From Candidatus Thorarchaeota archaeon (GTDB lineage Archaea; Asgardarchaeota; Thorarchaeia; Thorarchaeales; Thorarchaeaceae): a DNA stretch of 17,203 nt. The translations under genes and the position numbers were made by a program. Every line of letters begins with the position of its first letter. Within the stretch, counting starts at the first letter, position 1. The notes beneath the pieces were generated by a model, which worked only from the letters and a program-made list of their open reading frames with translations, ran no database searches and was not told where the DNA came from. Shown here in pieces: positions 1 through 7,764 of this stretch. The stretch lies in NCBI GenBank assembly GCA_048882045.1, contig JBHLRZ010000049.1, positions 1 through 17,203 on the forward strand. Reading direction: 5' to 3'.

Positions 1-207
1 AATACACCAGGCACAATTGACAGTGGATATCGAGGAGAGGTCAAGACCATCATGATAAACCACAATGATGAGGTGTTCAAGATAACAAAGGGCATGCGAA
101 TCAGTCAGCTAGCGATCCGACCCGTACCTGATGTTGAGTTTGTAGAGGTAGAAGATCTCTCGGACACAGAACGTGGGGAAGAAGGATTTGGTAGCACAGG
201 GAGATAG
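1..207 (+). CDS. dut: dUTP diphosphatase (trimeric dUTPase), C-terminal part; 5' end lies outside the window
   Basis: Frame 1 translated by hand: NTPGTIDSGYRGEVKTIMINHNDEVFKITKGMRISQLAIRPVPDVEFVEVEDLSDTERGEEGFGSTGR*. It contains motif 3 (GTIDSGYRGE), motif 4 (RISQL) and motif 5 (RGxxGFGSTG). TAG is at 205-207. Not in the supplied ORF track. Confidence 0.96.
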   Translation, partial: NTPGTIDSGYRGEVKTIMINHNDEVFKITKGMRISQLAIRPVPDVEFVEVEDLSDTERGEEGFGSTGR

Positions 208-341
208 AGGCGCAATCCCATCGAAGTTGGTTGTGACATATTCAGTAAGCAGGCTTATCTTGTTTGGTAACAAGTAGTCTTTAAGTTTCACGAGGGAGCA
301 GGTCTTGCAGTCGACTCCAACAACATAGATTCCAAGAGTCG

Positions 342-695
342 ATGCATCATAGATGGATAAGGAGCCAAGGACCAGTGTCAGGGGAGTCAAGTTATCCGGA
401 ATTCAGCCTGGATGATGTGTATACTGGCGAACCTAAGGAAAAGAGCACTGGGTGGAAATGGTGTGTCGGGTTTATGATGGTCTTCATTGTTCTCTTTGTT
501 CTCTTTTTGTCGCTTCCAGAAGAACTGCGAACAGCTGCAGAATTGGGCTTCCAAATTGTGTCCGCCTTTTTTTCCTTATTCACGCTATTTTACATAGTTT
601 ACTTGCTCTACCCAGCTAGACAAAAGAACTCTGAGATTCCAGATTCGGAGTCAAACAGAAATGATAATTCGCCGTCTGTGTCGCAATGTTTTTAA
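342..695 (+). CDS. Hypothetical small membrane protein (2 predicted TM helices)
   Basis: 117-aa ORF with two hydrophobic stretches (WCVGFMMVFIVLFVLFLSL; FQIVSAFFSLFTLFYIVYLLY). It is co-oriented with dut and the tRNA. The start codon is uncertain. Confidence 0.6.
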   Translation: MHHRWIRSQGPVSGESSYPEFSLDDVYTGEPKEKSTGWKWCVGFMMVFIVLFVLFLSLPEELRTAAELGFQIVSAFFSLFTLFYIVYLLYPARQKNSEIPDSESNRNDNSPSVSQCF

Positions 696-696
696 T
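689..696 (+). promoter_or_regulatory. Possible TATA box of the tRNA gene
   Basis: TTTTTAAT lies about 27-34 nt upstream of the mature tRNA 5' end, the spacing expected for an archaeal TATA box. Confidence 0.35.
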
Positions 697-722
697 CAGC
701 AGCAAGGGAGGAAGACCTCGAT

Positions 723-828
723 GGGCCGGTGGTCTAGCCCGGCTAATCTGTCATTTTGAATGGCAGAGTCGACTGATACTGCATTGACAGTGCAGTGGTC
801 ACGAGTTCAAATCTCGTCCGGCCCACCA
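723..828 (+). tRNA. tRNA-Val(GAC) with a non-canonical intron at about position 21/22; CCA encoded
   Basis: Acceptor stem GGGCCGG(723-729)/CCGGCCC(818-824) followed by A-CCA. Anticodon arm CTGCA-TTGACAG-TGCAG with GAC at 786-788. T-arm ACGAG-TTCAAAT-CTCGT. Removing 746-773 gives a normal D-arm (GGTCTAGCCCGGCTATGAT) and a 78-nt mature tRNA. Confidence 0.95.
746..773 (+). other. 28-nt tRNA intron with a bulge-helix-bulge/loop splice motif
   Basis: Central 4-bp helix CGGC/GTCG, 3-nt bulges TAA and ACT, and an intron hairpin TCTGTCATT-TTG-AATGGCAGA. Cleavage after the second nt of each bulge gives exactly the canonical D-loop. Confidence 0.85.
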
Positions 829-829
829 T

Positions 830-3601
830 CTATTTCTGTTTCAAAATCTTTGTCAGCTTAGACCATCCAATCCCCAGCTTATCCAGTGCCCACTGAGCAA
901 TGTTGTGGCAATCATGACAAACTAGAGCCCATTCTTCGGGGTTCAATTTTTGCAGGTTCTTCTTTCGATTTATCATTGCAGGATCATGTGTCTGTCCATC
1001 CTTTCTATGAAGAATCATTGGAACATCTGCAGAGTCGCAATTGCAGAGTGAGCATGTGTCTCCGAATAGTGCCTTCCTCAATTCCTTTTTAGTGAGGTTT
1101 GAATCCATCTTCTTAGCTTGTTTTGAAAGAGGTGCACTCTCGTCTGGAAGGTCTAGAACTCCTTTAGGTTTGACCGATTCCTTGGTGCGTGATTCAAGAA
1201 GTGACTCAATCTTCGCCCAATCATATCCATAGACATTCATGAGCAGATGTGCTCCCAGATGGCATCTATCACATAGAGGAGCCCATTCTTCGGGGTTCAA
1301 TGACTTGAGCTTCTTCAAAGACCGGAAAAGGTTTCTGTCATGTTCGGTCCCATCTTTTCTGTGTAGATGTAGACTCTTCTTTGATTCATTTTCAGTGTGA
1401 CATGCATAGCATTTATTCCCGAATATCTCGACACGAGTTTCTTTGAGCTTCATACGCCTATTTCTCTGATATTGTCTTCTCTCTTCGTCGATGTCTGTCT
1501 TTACTTTCGTTCTCTGTCTCTCTCGAGATTCCCACCCCTGATCATAGAATAATTTCTGGATGGTTTGTGAATGTACACCTAAAATCTCACCAATTTCCGA
1601 GTGAGAGAATCCTTCAACATAGTACAGGAGATAAACCCAATCAGGATCCAACTGTTTTCTAGTTGAGCGAGTCCTTTGATATGCCCAGTTATTCTTCTCG
1701 AAGGTTCGACGAACAGTCTTCATACTTACTCCCAAGATGTCGCATATCATCTCGAAGGAATATCCCTCCTGGAAATACAGCCTGCCAATCTCTTCAGCCT
1801 GTGTCTTGGATTTCTTTGGTCCAATCACTTTCCGAATCGTGGGCATGTCAAGTCCTGAGTACTCGGCTATCTGGAAGAAAGTCATCCCCTCCTCATGATG
1901 TAGCCTGCGAATCTCATCATCACTCAGTTTCTGTCTCTCTCTCTGTATTCGCATCTCCCAACCGTGCTTCCTGAACACTCCTCTGAGTATCTTGATTGTT
2001 AGGTCGAGGTCTGAGGCAATCTCTTGGAATGTCTGTCCCTCAGAATAGTACCTATGATGAATCTCTGCATCGCGGAGTGCCTTTCTCACCTGGTTCCTAG
2101 AGAGCCCTGTCTTCTTCGCAATCTCCCTCTCAGACAAGTTCTCCAATAGACGAAGCCTGACCACCTCCTCAAGAGGACCCTCCAGTTCGTTTGAGCTCTC
2201 GAATTCTTCGACCCGAGCCTCTTCTGCCTTCTCTACCACGCTTGACCATAGACTCTCCACCTCCTCTGCAAAGCTCCTGTCCTCAGAAACACCTTTCTCT
2301 CGGACTATCTGTTTGAACCGGTCTCGCTCCTCCTCTGAGAGCTCAGCAAAGAGGTTCCTGAGCTTTCTTCGTAACCTCTGTTCGTCGGACTCGTAATCTG
2401 ACAGTATCTTGTAGACTCGCTGCATCTCACCCGTTAGAGGGTCCTGAACATAGTCGTATTCATCGTCCATGTACTCATCTAACATATCTTGGACCTTCTT
2501 TACAAAGTCCTCCAGATCTTCTAGGACCTCTTCCTCCTCCAAGACCTCTTCGTCTGAAATCTCACCTTCTAGAACATCATCAGCCTCTTGTACTTCAGTA
2601 TCTTCCAACTCAGACTCTGCAGACTCAACAATTCTCTGGATTTCGTCACTCGCATCCTGAAACTCTGGTTCTTTAGCCTGTTCAATATCAGAGTCTAAAG
2701 CGGGTTCAGAAACATCCTCGACCTCAGCTGTCTGAGGCTCATCCTCATTGGCTTCAGATTCGGAAGCGGTTTCCATTGAATGGTTTGAGCTGTCCTCGAC
2801 ACTCTCAGGCCCCTCTCTCTTCGACTCGATTGAGTTGGTCATGTCTGACCTGTCATCATCAGCACTTGTTTCAGGCTTCGAAAAGTCTGATTCTGTTTCA
2901 GTGGATTTATGGTTGAGAGTGCCATCAGGAGATGTTTCATCTGTTTCTGTATGTTCCTGTCTGGTGAAACGATTTGTGAACTTGTCATTCACAGCATCTG
3001 TCGTTGCTTCTGGCTCTTCAACACTCCCTTCAGACTCATTGACATCTTGAAACGATTCTTCAGCCTCTTCTGAAGCTTCTTGTTCAGTTTCGGTCTGAGC
3101 CTCAGCCCCTCCTGAACCTCCCTTCGTTTCCAGAGCGTAGGCCATCCCGTTCCCAGCATCCTCATAGGACTCGCTCGATTCTGTCATGTCAGAGGATGAG
3201 CCTGTGTCACTGTCCTGCTCTTCGGATTCAGTTTCTTTGTAAGAGGGTTCCTCAAGTTGACGGTCCATGTCATTGACAAATCGGTCGTGAAGATCATCCC
3301 TGACCTCATCCAAGTCATGACCGAGGTCGTCCTCCATCGACCCCTCAGCATTTTCTTCGTTCTCCATCGAGTCAAGCTCTCTGGATGCTTCATCAGCCAA
3401 GTCTTTGGCATCCGCCTCTGTTTCATCTAGCTCCCGCGAAGCCTCGTCCGCATATCTTTCTGCTTCCTCCTCCCGCTCTAGATCTTTGACAGCCTCGTCC
3501 TCTGGGGACTCTTCGCTCTCATCGGTCTCTCGATATTCCTGCTCTTCGCCCTCTTCTGAGTCCGAATACCTCTCTCTGTCGTCTGAACGTTCATACGACA
3601 A
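830..3601 (-). CDS. 923-aa protein: long acidic disordered N-terminus, 5 tandem HTH repeats, 2 tandem Zn-binding HNH-like endonuclease domains
   Basis: The first ~460 aa are extremely E/D/S-rich. Five repeats resemble EIxRLYxxEGxSFxEIAxxLGxSxxTIRKxF (about 1530-2170). Two domains read FGxxCxxC...LHRKDGxxHD...LNPEEWAxxCxxCH (about 1245-1425 and 895-1065). The TTG start overlaps the upstream ATPase stop, and the TAG stop is 1 nt from the tRNA CCA. Confidence 0.85.
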   Translation of the reverse strand: MSYERSDDRERYSDSEEGEEQEYRETDESEESPEDEAVKDLEREEEAERYADEASRELDETEADAKDLADEASRELDSMENEENAEGSMEDDLGHDLDEVRDDLHDRFVNDMDRQLEEPSYKETESEEQDSDTGSSSDMTESSESYEDAGNGMAYALETKGGSGGAEAQTETEQEASEEAEESFQDVNESEGSVEEPEATTDAVNDKFTNRFTRQEHTETDETSPDGTLNHKSTETESDFSKPETSADDDRSDMTNSIESKREGPESVEDSSNHSMETASESEANEDEPQTAEVEDVSEPALDSDIEQAKEPEFQDASDEIQRIVESAESELEDTEVQEADDVLEGEISDEEVLEEEEVLEDLEDFVKKVQDMLDEYMDDEYDYVQDPLTGEMQRVYKILSDYESDEQRLRRKLRNLFAELSEEERDRFKQIVREKGVSEDRSFAEEVESLWSSVVEKAEEARVEEFESSNELEGPLEEVVRLRLLENLSEREIAKKTGLSRNQVRKALRDAEIHHRYYSEGQTFQEIASDLDLTIKILRGVFRKHGWEMRIQRERQKLSDDEIRRLHHEEGMTFFQIAEYSGLDMPTIRKVIGPKKSKTQAEEIGRLYFQEGYSFEMICDILGVSMKTVRRTFEKNNWAYQRTRSTRKQLDPDWVYLLYYVEGFSHSEIGEILGVHSQTIQKLFYDQGWESRERQRTKVKTDIDEERRQYQRNRRMKLKETRVEIFGNKCYACHTENESKKSLHLHRKDGTEHDRNLFRSLKKLKSLNPEEWAPLCDRCHLGAHLLMNVYGYDWAKIESLLESRTKESVKPKGVLDLPDESAPLSKQAKKMDSNLTKKELRKALFGDTCSLCNCDSADVPMILHRKDGQTHDPAMINRKKNLQKLNPEEWALVCHDCHNIAQWALDKLGIGWSKLTKILKQK
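925..1301. repeat. Perfect 23-bp direct repeat GAGCCCATTCTTCGGGGTTCAAT at 925-947 and 1279-1301
   Basis: Read directly from the sequence. It encodes LNPEEWA in both HNH domains. Confidence 0.9.
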
Positions 3602-6600
3602 CTTCAGACCCCTGACTCCTGATTTCTATGTTGACTGACTCGACAATTGTGTTCCAGAGTTCTTCATTCTCTGGAGTTCCCAGGATTGTCTTTGCATGCT
3701 GTAGCATCTTTGTTGCGACCAACTCTAGGTTATGATTATCACCGGCAGCTTTCTTTGAGAACACACGAATCATTCGAGCAATAGGAGTCGTATCTCCATT
3801 CACAGCCTTTCTCAAACGGTCATAGTACCGACTTGCGAACTGTTCTGTCCTGACGATTGCCTTGATGAAGAGGTCAAGTTCGTCCTCAGTCTCTGGTCTT
3901 CTGAAACTCGATTTCTCCTCAACCCGCTTCTTTGCTAGTTCATTAAATTCCTCAATGGAAGACTTCACGATGGAACGAATCTCTTTTCCAAGTGCATCTT
4001 CATCGACCGTGACTGACTTGATTCTGTGCGAAACTTCATTGTATAGACGCTGATAGATCAGGTCAATGTTCTCTGGGAGGATGTCATCTCTCCATAGATA
4101 ACCATCCCACTCCTCAACGATGTCTTCTTTGACTCTTGCTTCCTGCGACAGTATCCAGAGAATGTACTGACAATAGAAGAGAAGACCAGGTCCTTTTTCA
4201 GCAAGCTGTTTTGCTATCCCGCGAATGATGACCCCTCCTATGACAGGATTCCCACTCTTTGTGGCATCTATCATGGCTGAGAGTGCTCCATTGAAGGTCG
4301 AGTGGTTGAGAATCAGGTGTAGTTTGAACACATCGAGCATGTCGATTGATACGAGTCTACCACCCAGTTCATTGAGTTTTGGAGTGCTCATGGCAAGTGA
4401 TGATTTTCTCTGAAAGTGCGGATTCTCTTCAAATACGGATTGCATGCGCTGTCTGATGTCCTCGTCTGTCACAGGTGTGTCGTCAGAAAGCCGTGGATGT
4501 TTCTGGAAGGGATTGTCAATTCGGACTCTGACTGGTTTACTTGCACTTGCTGTCCTGACCACAGCTTCTCCCACTGGGAGGGCCCCCATCATCCTGATTT
4601 GCTCATCTGTGCAGTTCATCAGGTCTCCAAGGAGTTGGCGTTCACTCTTTGGTCCAGTGGCATGTACTATATTAGTGAGAGCCATTGTAATGGCTTCGTT
4701 GTTCAAGTGCAGTGGCTTTTGGGTTGCTATACTGAATCCAAGTCCGGCACTACGAGACTCCCTCATTGAAACGGTGATTGTGTCGATAGCCACATTCTGC
4801 GCAGCATGATCCTCATCCTCTTTGAGTCCCTTTCCACCAGAGAGAAACCGATGGGCCTCCTCCAAGACTACATAGAACTTCAGGCCCTTCTCGTGCATAG
4901 AATCCAACTTCTTCTTCGCTTCAAAGTGGCGACCCAGATTAGACACCAACCAATAGACGAAGAATGCACGTTCCTCCTTAGACAGCTTGTCGAGAAGAAT
5001 CACACTCGGTCTTGATACCAACTCTTCGATTGAGATTCCTGATATCGTGCCAAACACACGACTGAGCGCACCCTTGCATATCGTGCGGAGTCGTCCATAG
5101 AGGGCACCGCGAAAGTCTTCGTTTCCTCTGCTACTGTACTGGATGTCGTCTTCCATCTGTGGTAATGTTTCTAAGAAGTCTGACAATAGAATGGGAATCC
5201 CTCTAGTGTTAGTGTCGCGGTTCCAACCCAACCGTTCGAATGTGAGCTCAATCAGGGCCTCAAGATACTCCTTGATCATCCCATGAGTGGGCATCATAGC
5301 CACGAATGCAGCCTTTGTGTCGTTGATTATGGAGCTAACATGAACACCTCTCCCATAGGCTGTGAATGAGAACCTCAGGGGAGCTACTGTTTCATCTCCA
5401 AGTGTGAAGATCCAAAGTGAATCAAGAACTCTTGTTAATTTCACATACTCCTCGCTCTTAGAGGCAAGCAGAACGAGGAAGTTGATCTTTCTCTCTTGGA
5501 GTTGGAGGAGGATGTTGAGCTGAGTTGTCGTTTTTCCTCTTCCAGTATCACCAGTGAGCCCAGTATGAGATGCTAAATCGATAACTGGAATCCCAAAGTC
5601 CGAAATCTCTCTTCCTGTATCATCAACAATCTTGCCTATTCTGATAACATCTCCATCAATCTTAGAACCAGTTCTAGGATGAAGATTCGCTGGATTGGAA
5701 CGGAAAGCGGCGTGGTCTGAAACGGAGATACCGACATCACACTTTGGGAGGGGGAGAAAGACACATGCCTCTTCAAGCGACATTATTGTAGACTTGCCAA
5801 TAGGGATTCCCTTGAGGAGCTTTGGGACCTGTTGCGGCTTGACCTTCTTGGTCATTGTTCTGAAGTCATTTCTCTTATCTGCTGGAATCAGGTTCCCTCT
5901 TAGAACTGTCATCAATCTTCCAGCCATGTTTTCAGCAATCTTCTTTGTAAGCTCCCAGCTGATGATAGTCACTTCGGTATCGCATACATGACTGTGGCTC
6001 AGACGCTTGATCTTCTTCTGTATTGACTCTGCTTCCTGAGCGGCCCGGGAATCTACCTTGGTCACTGACTGTTGTATCTCTCCTGAGAAGAGTGTGGACT
6101 GTGGACTCGATACGGTCATCTGAGCTTGTGCCATCGCCTGCCGATACTTGTTTTCCAATGATTTCCTAGCCCGATCACTCGGTGTTTTTGGAGTGAATGA
6201 GATCTGGATGATGGCATCTGACATACCCTGCAAGACCTCGGCAACAGCAGTCATTAGGTCCCCGTTCTGCTGCGGGTCTTCTATCGTGAGAGGTTCACCA
6301 ACCAAATGAGAAAGAACATAGACCATCCTAGAGTCGGTTGAAGGCCCATTGAATCTGGAGTGGGTCTTGAACTTGAAATCGGGTAGTGTTGCCTTGATGG
6401 CATCTGTGAGTGTCTGGATGTTATTTGGAAGCTGTATCAGTTCCGTAGTCCAGGTGATATAGAGGATGCGTGTATTGTTATCGACACGCTGATACCTTAG
6501 AGCTCCAGGGATATTGGAGAGTGTCAAAGCGCGTAGTATATTGTAAAATGGCTTATGAGGTCGGTCCTCATTCTTATCCACAAAATACTCCTCAGGAAAC

Positions 6601-6680
6601 TGTGTGATTTCTACAGCTCCAACGAAGAACTCTCTTCCAGATGTGAGCAGTTTCCCGATTTCAGCCAAGATTTCGGACAC
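3591..6680 (-). CDS. HerA/FtsK/VirB4-superfamily (DUF87-like) P-loop ATPase, 1029 aa
   Basis: Walker A H-x-G-x-T-GDTGRGKT (about 5529-5552), Walker B YVVLEEAHRF (about 4845-4874), and the downstream ESRSAGLGFSIATQKP motif typical of HerA/VirB4. GGAGGA SD precedes the GTG start. Confidence 0.9.
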   Translation of the reverse strand: MSEILAEIGKLLTSGREFFVGAVEITQFPEEYFVDKNEDRPHKPFYNILRALTLSNIPGALRYQRVDNNTRILYITWTTELIQLPNNIQTLTDAIKATLPDFKFKTHSRFNGPSTDSRMVYVLSHLVGEPLTIEDPQQNGDLMTAVAEVLQGMSDAIIQISFTPKTPSDRARKSLENKYRQAMAQAQMTVSSPQSTLFSGEIQQSVTKVDSRAAQEAESIQKKIKRLSHSHVCDTEVTIISWELTKKIAENMAGRLMTVLRGNLIPADKRNDFRTMTKKVKPQQVPKLLKGIPIGKSTIMSLEEACVFLPLPKCDVGISVSDHAAFRSNPANLHPRTGSKIDGDVIRIGKIVDDTGREISDFGIPVIDLASHTGLTGDTGRGKTTTQLNILLQLQERKINFLVLLASKSEEYVKLTRVLDSLWIFTLGDETVAPLRFSFTAYGRGVHVSSIINDTKAAFVAMMPTHGMIKEYLEALIELTFERLGWNRDTNTRGIPILLSDFLETLPQMEDDIQYSSRGNEDFRGALYGRLRTICKGALSRVFGTISGISIEELVSRPSVILLDKLSKEERAFFVYWLVSNLGRHFEAKKKLDSMHEKGLKFYVVLEEAHRFLSGGKGLKEDEDHAAQNVAIDTITVSMRESRSAGLGFSIATQKPLHLNNEAITMALTNIVHATGPKSERQLLGDLMNCTDEQIRMMGALPVGEAVVRTASASKPVRVRIDNPFQKHPRLSDDTPVTDEDIRQRMQSVFEENPHFQRKSSLAMSTPKLNELGGRLVSIDMLDVFKLHLILNHSTFNGALSAMIDATKSGNPVIGGVIIRGIAKQLAEKGPGLLFYCQYILWILSQEARVKEDIVEEWDGYLWRDDILPENIDLIYQRLYNEVSHRIKSVTVDEDALGKEIRSIVKSSIEEFNELAKKRVEEKSSFRRPETEDELDLFIKAIVRTEQFASRYYDRLRKAVNGDTTPIARMIRVFSKKAAGDNHNLELVATKMLQHAKTILGTPENEELWNTIVESVNIEIRSQGSEVVV

Positions 6681-6896
6681 TCATTCTCCTCCGTTTGATC
6701 TTGGTCTTGTTGCCAGGGCACGATTGATTGGGTCCCGACAATGGGAGCAAGCATGCAAACTCCACCACACGCCTGTTCCACACTTCCAACCTACTTTTCC
6801 ACTCATATCGAGGTATGGCCCCTCCCATCGTCGGGGATTCTTGGGAAGTGAGTGTGAGGTCCTCCTTGGTGGAAGGATACCTCTGGGGGGTTTCAC
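6681..6896 (-). CDS. Small hypothetical protein with a Cys/His cluster, possibly the first gene of the ATPase-HNH operon
   Basis: The 71-aa ORF's TGA directly abuts the ATPase GTG start (TGA-GTG). It contains WKC...HACSHC. Competing ORFs overlap it. Confidence 0.4.
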   Translation of the reverse strand: MKPPRGILPPRRTSHSLPKNPRRWEGPYLDMSGKVGWKCGTGVWWSLHACSHCRDPINRALATRPRSNGGE

Positions 6897-7239
6897 ATCC
6901 TTTTACATCTGGAGATACCATCATCCTTTCACTCCCTACTGCGATCTACCATCACACAAGATTGCCCAAAGCCCTTTACTCAAGGGGCAATAGAATGTAT
7001 GGGGGCTCTAGTGTTGGAAGGGATAGTCCAAAATCCTCTGTTTTTCTTGTTCTCCGGGTGTGACTCTTAATTGCAGATGAAATTGGCCTGAGACTGGTCT
7101 TCACCTCATCGCGTATGCCGCATTTTGCACAAGGACTAAAGGTTCAAAGTGATATATCAAACGCCACTCTACATGATTGCGGGATTATTGGGAATGCTAC
7201 GTGAGCTTGTTATGAAGCTAGATTTCCTTCCAGATTTAT

Positions 7240-7764
7240 ATGCCTCCAAGAGTAAAATTTTCCATGTCAATGAAGAAGCAAGCCCCAGATGTTGACAAAC
7301 TTGCAAAATCAGTTGACGATAATTTTAGTCGGCCAATGTATGTGCTATATTTCCTATGGGCAACTGGATTCTTCACAATAATCGGGATTACAGTATATTT
7401 AGTCACGTTAATGGTAGCTATAGGATTCCAGACAGGTGCACTCACCGTAGATAGTACAATATCTAGCACAGTTGCTATTTTAGCTCTAATGATTAGTATC
7501 ACACAATATAGTGAGAAATCTAACAAAGTTGAAGATGATGATTTTGCTATAGATTGTATCAAAAAGAATCTCAAGATTCTAACTAAGAAGAATCCCAATC
7601 TGACTGAGGATGAGAAACTGATTCTAAGTGGATTAATCAAGATGAAATCAAGAAATGAAAAGGCCAACATACAGGATGTCGCAAAATATCTATCCACAAG
7701 TACTGATGATTGGATTGCTTTTCTTTATGGACTGGGTGATGGATCCTCCCTTTTGAAGGATTAA
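7240..7764 (+). CDS. Hypothetical membrane protein (2 TM helices plus a small soluble C-terminal domain)
   Basis: 174-aa ORF with two hydrophobic segments. Its stop overlaps that of the convergent 633-aa ORF (TTAA at 7761-7764). Confidence 0.7.
   Translation: MPPRVKFSMSMKKQAPDVDKLAKSVDDNFSRPMYVLYFLWATGFFTIIGITVYLVTLMVAIGFQTGALTVDSTISSTVAILALMISITQYSEKSNKVEDDDFAIDCIKKNLKILTKKNPNLTEDEKLILSGLIKMKSRNEKANIQDVAKYLSTSTDDWIAFLYGLGDGSSLLKD

Noticed and set aside
109-390. 93-aa minus-strand ORF
   Set aside because: It is antisense to the clear dut C-terminus and has no recognisable features.
886-5991. Numerous short plus-strand ORFs, plus the minus-strand ORF at 3184-3426
   Set aside because: These are shadow or alternate-frame ORFs inside the two long genes. 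The Ser-rich translations mirror Glu/Asp codons on the coding strand.
7073-7148. GCAGATGAAATTGGCCT (similar to the sequence just before R4) and GGTTCAAA at 7141 as a hidden seventh repeat
   Set aside because: The matches are short (14/17 and 8 nt), not contiguous, and have no T-stem or acceptor-stem similarity. They cannot be told from chance by eye.
7236-7697. 153-aa minus-strand ORF
   Set aside because: It is fully antisense to the 174-aa plus-strand ORF, which has the more natural composition.
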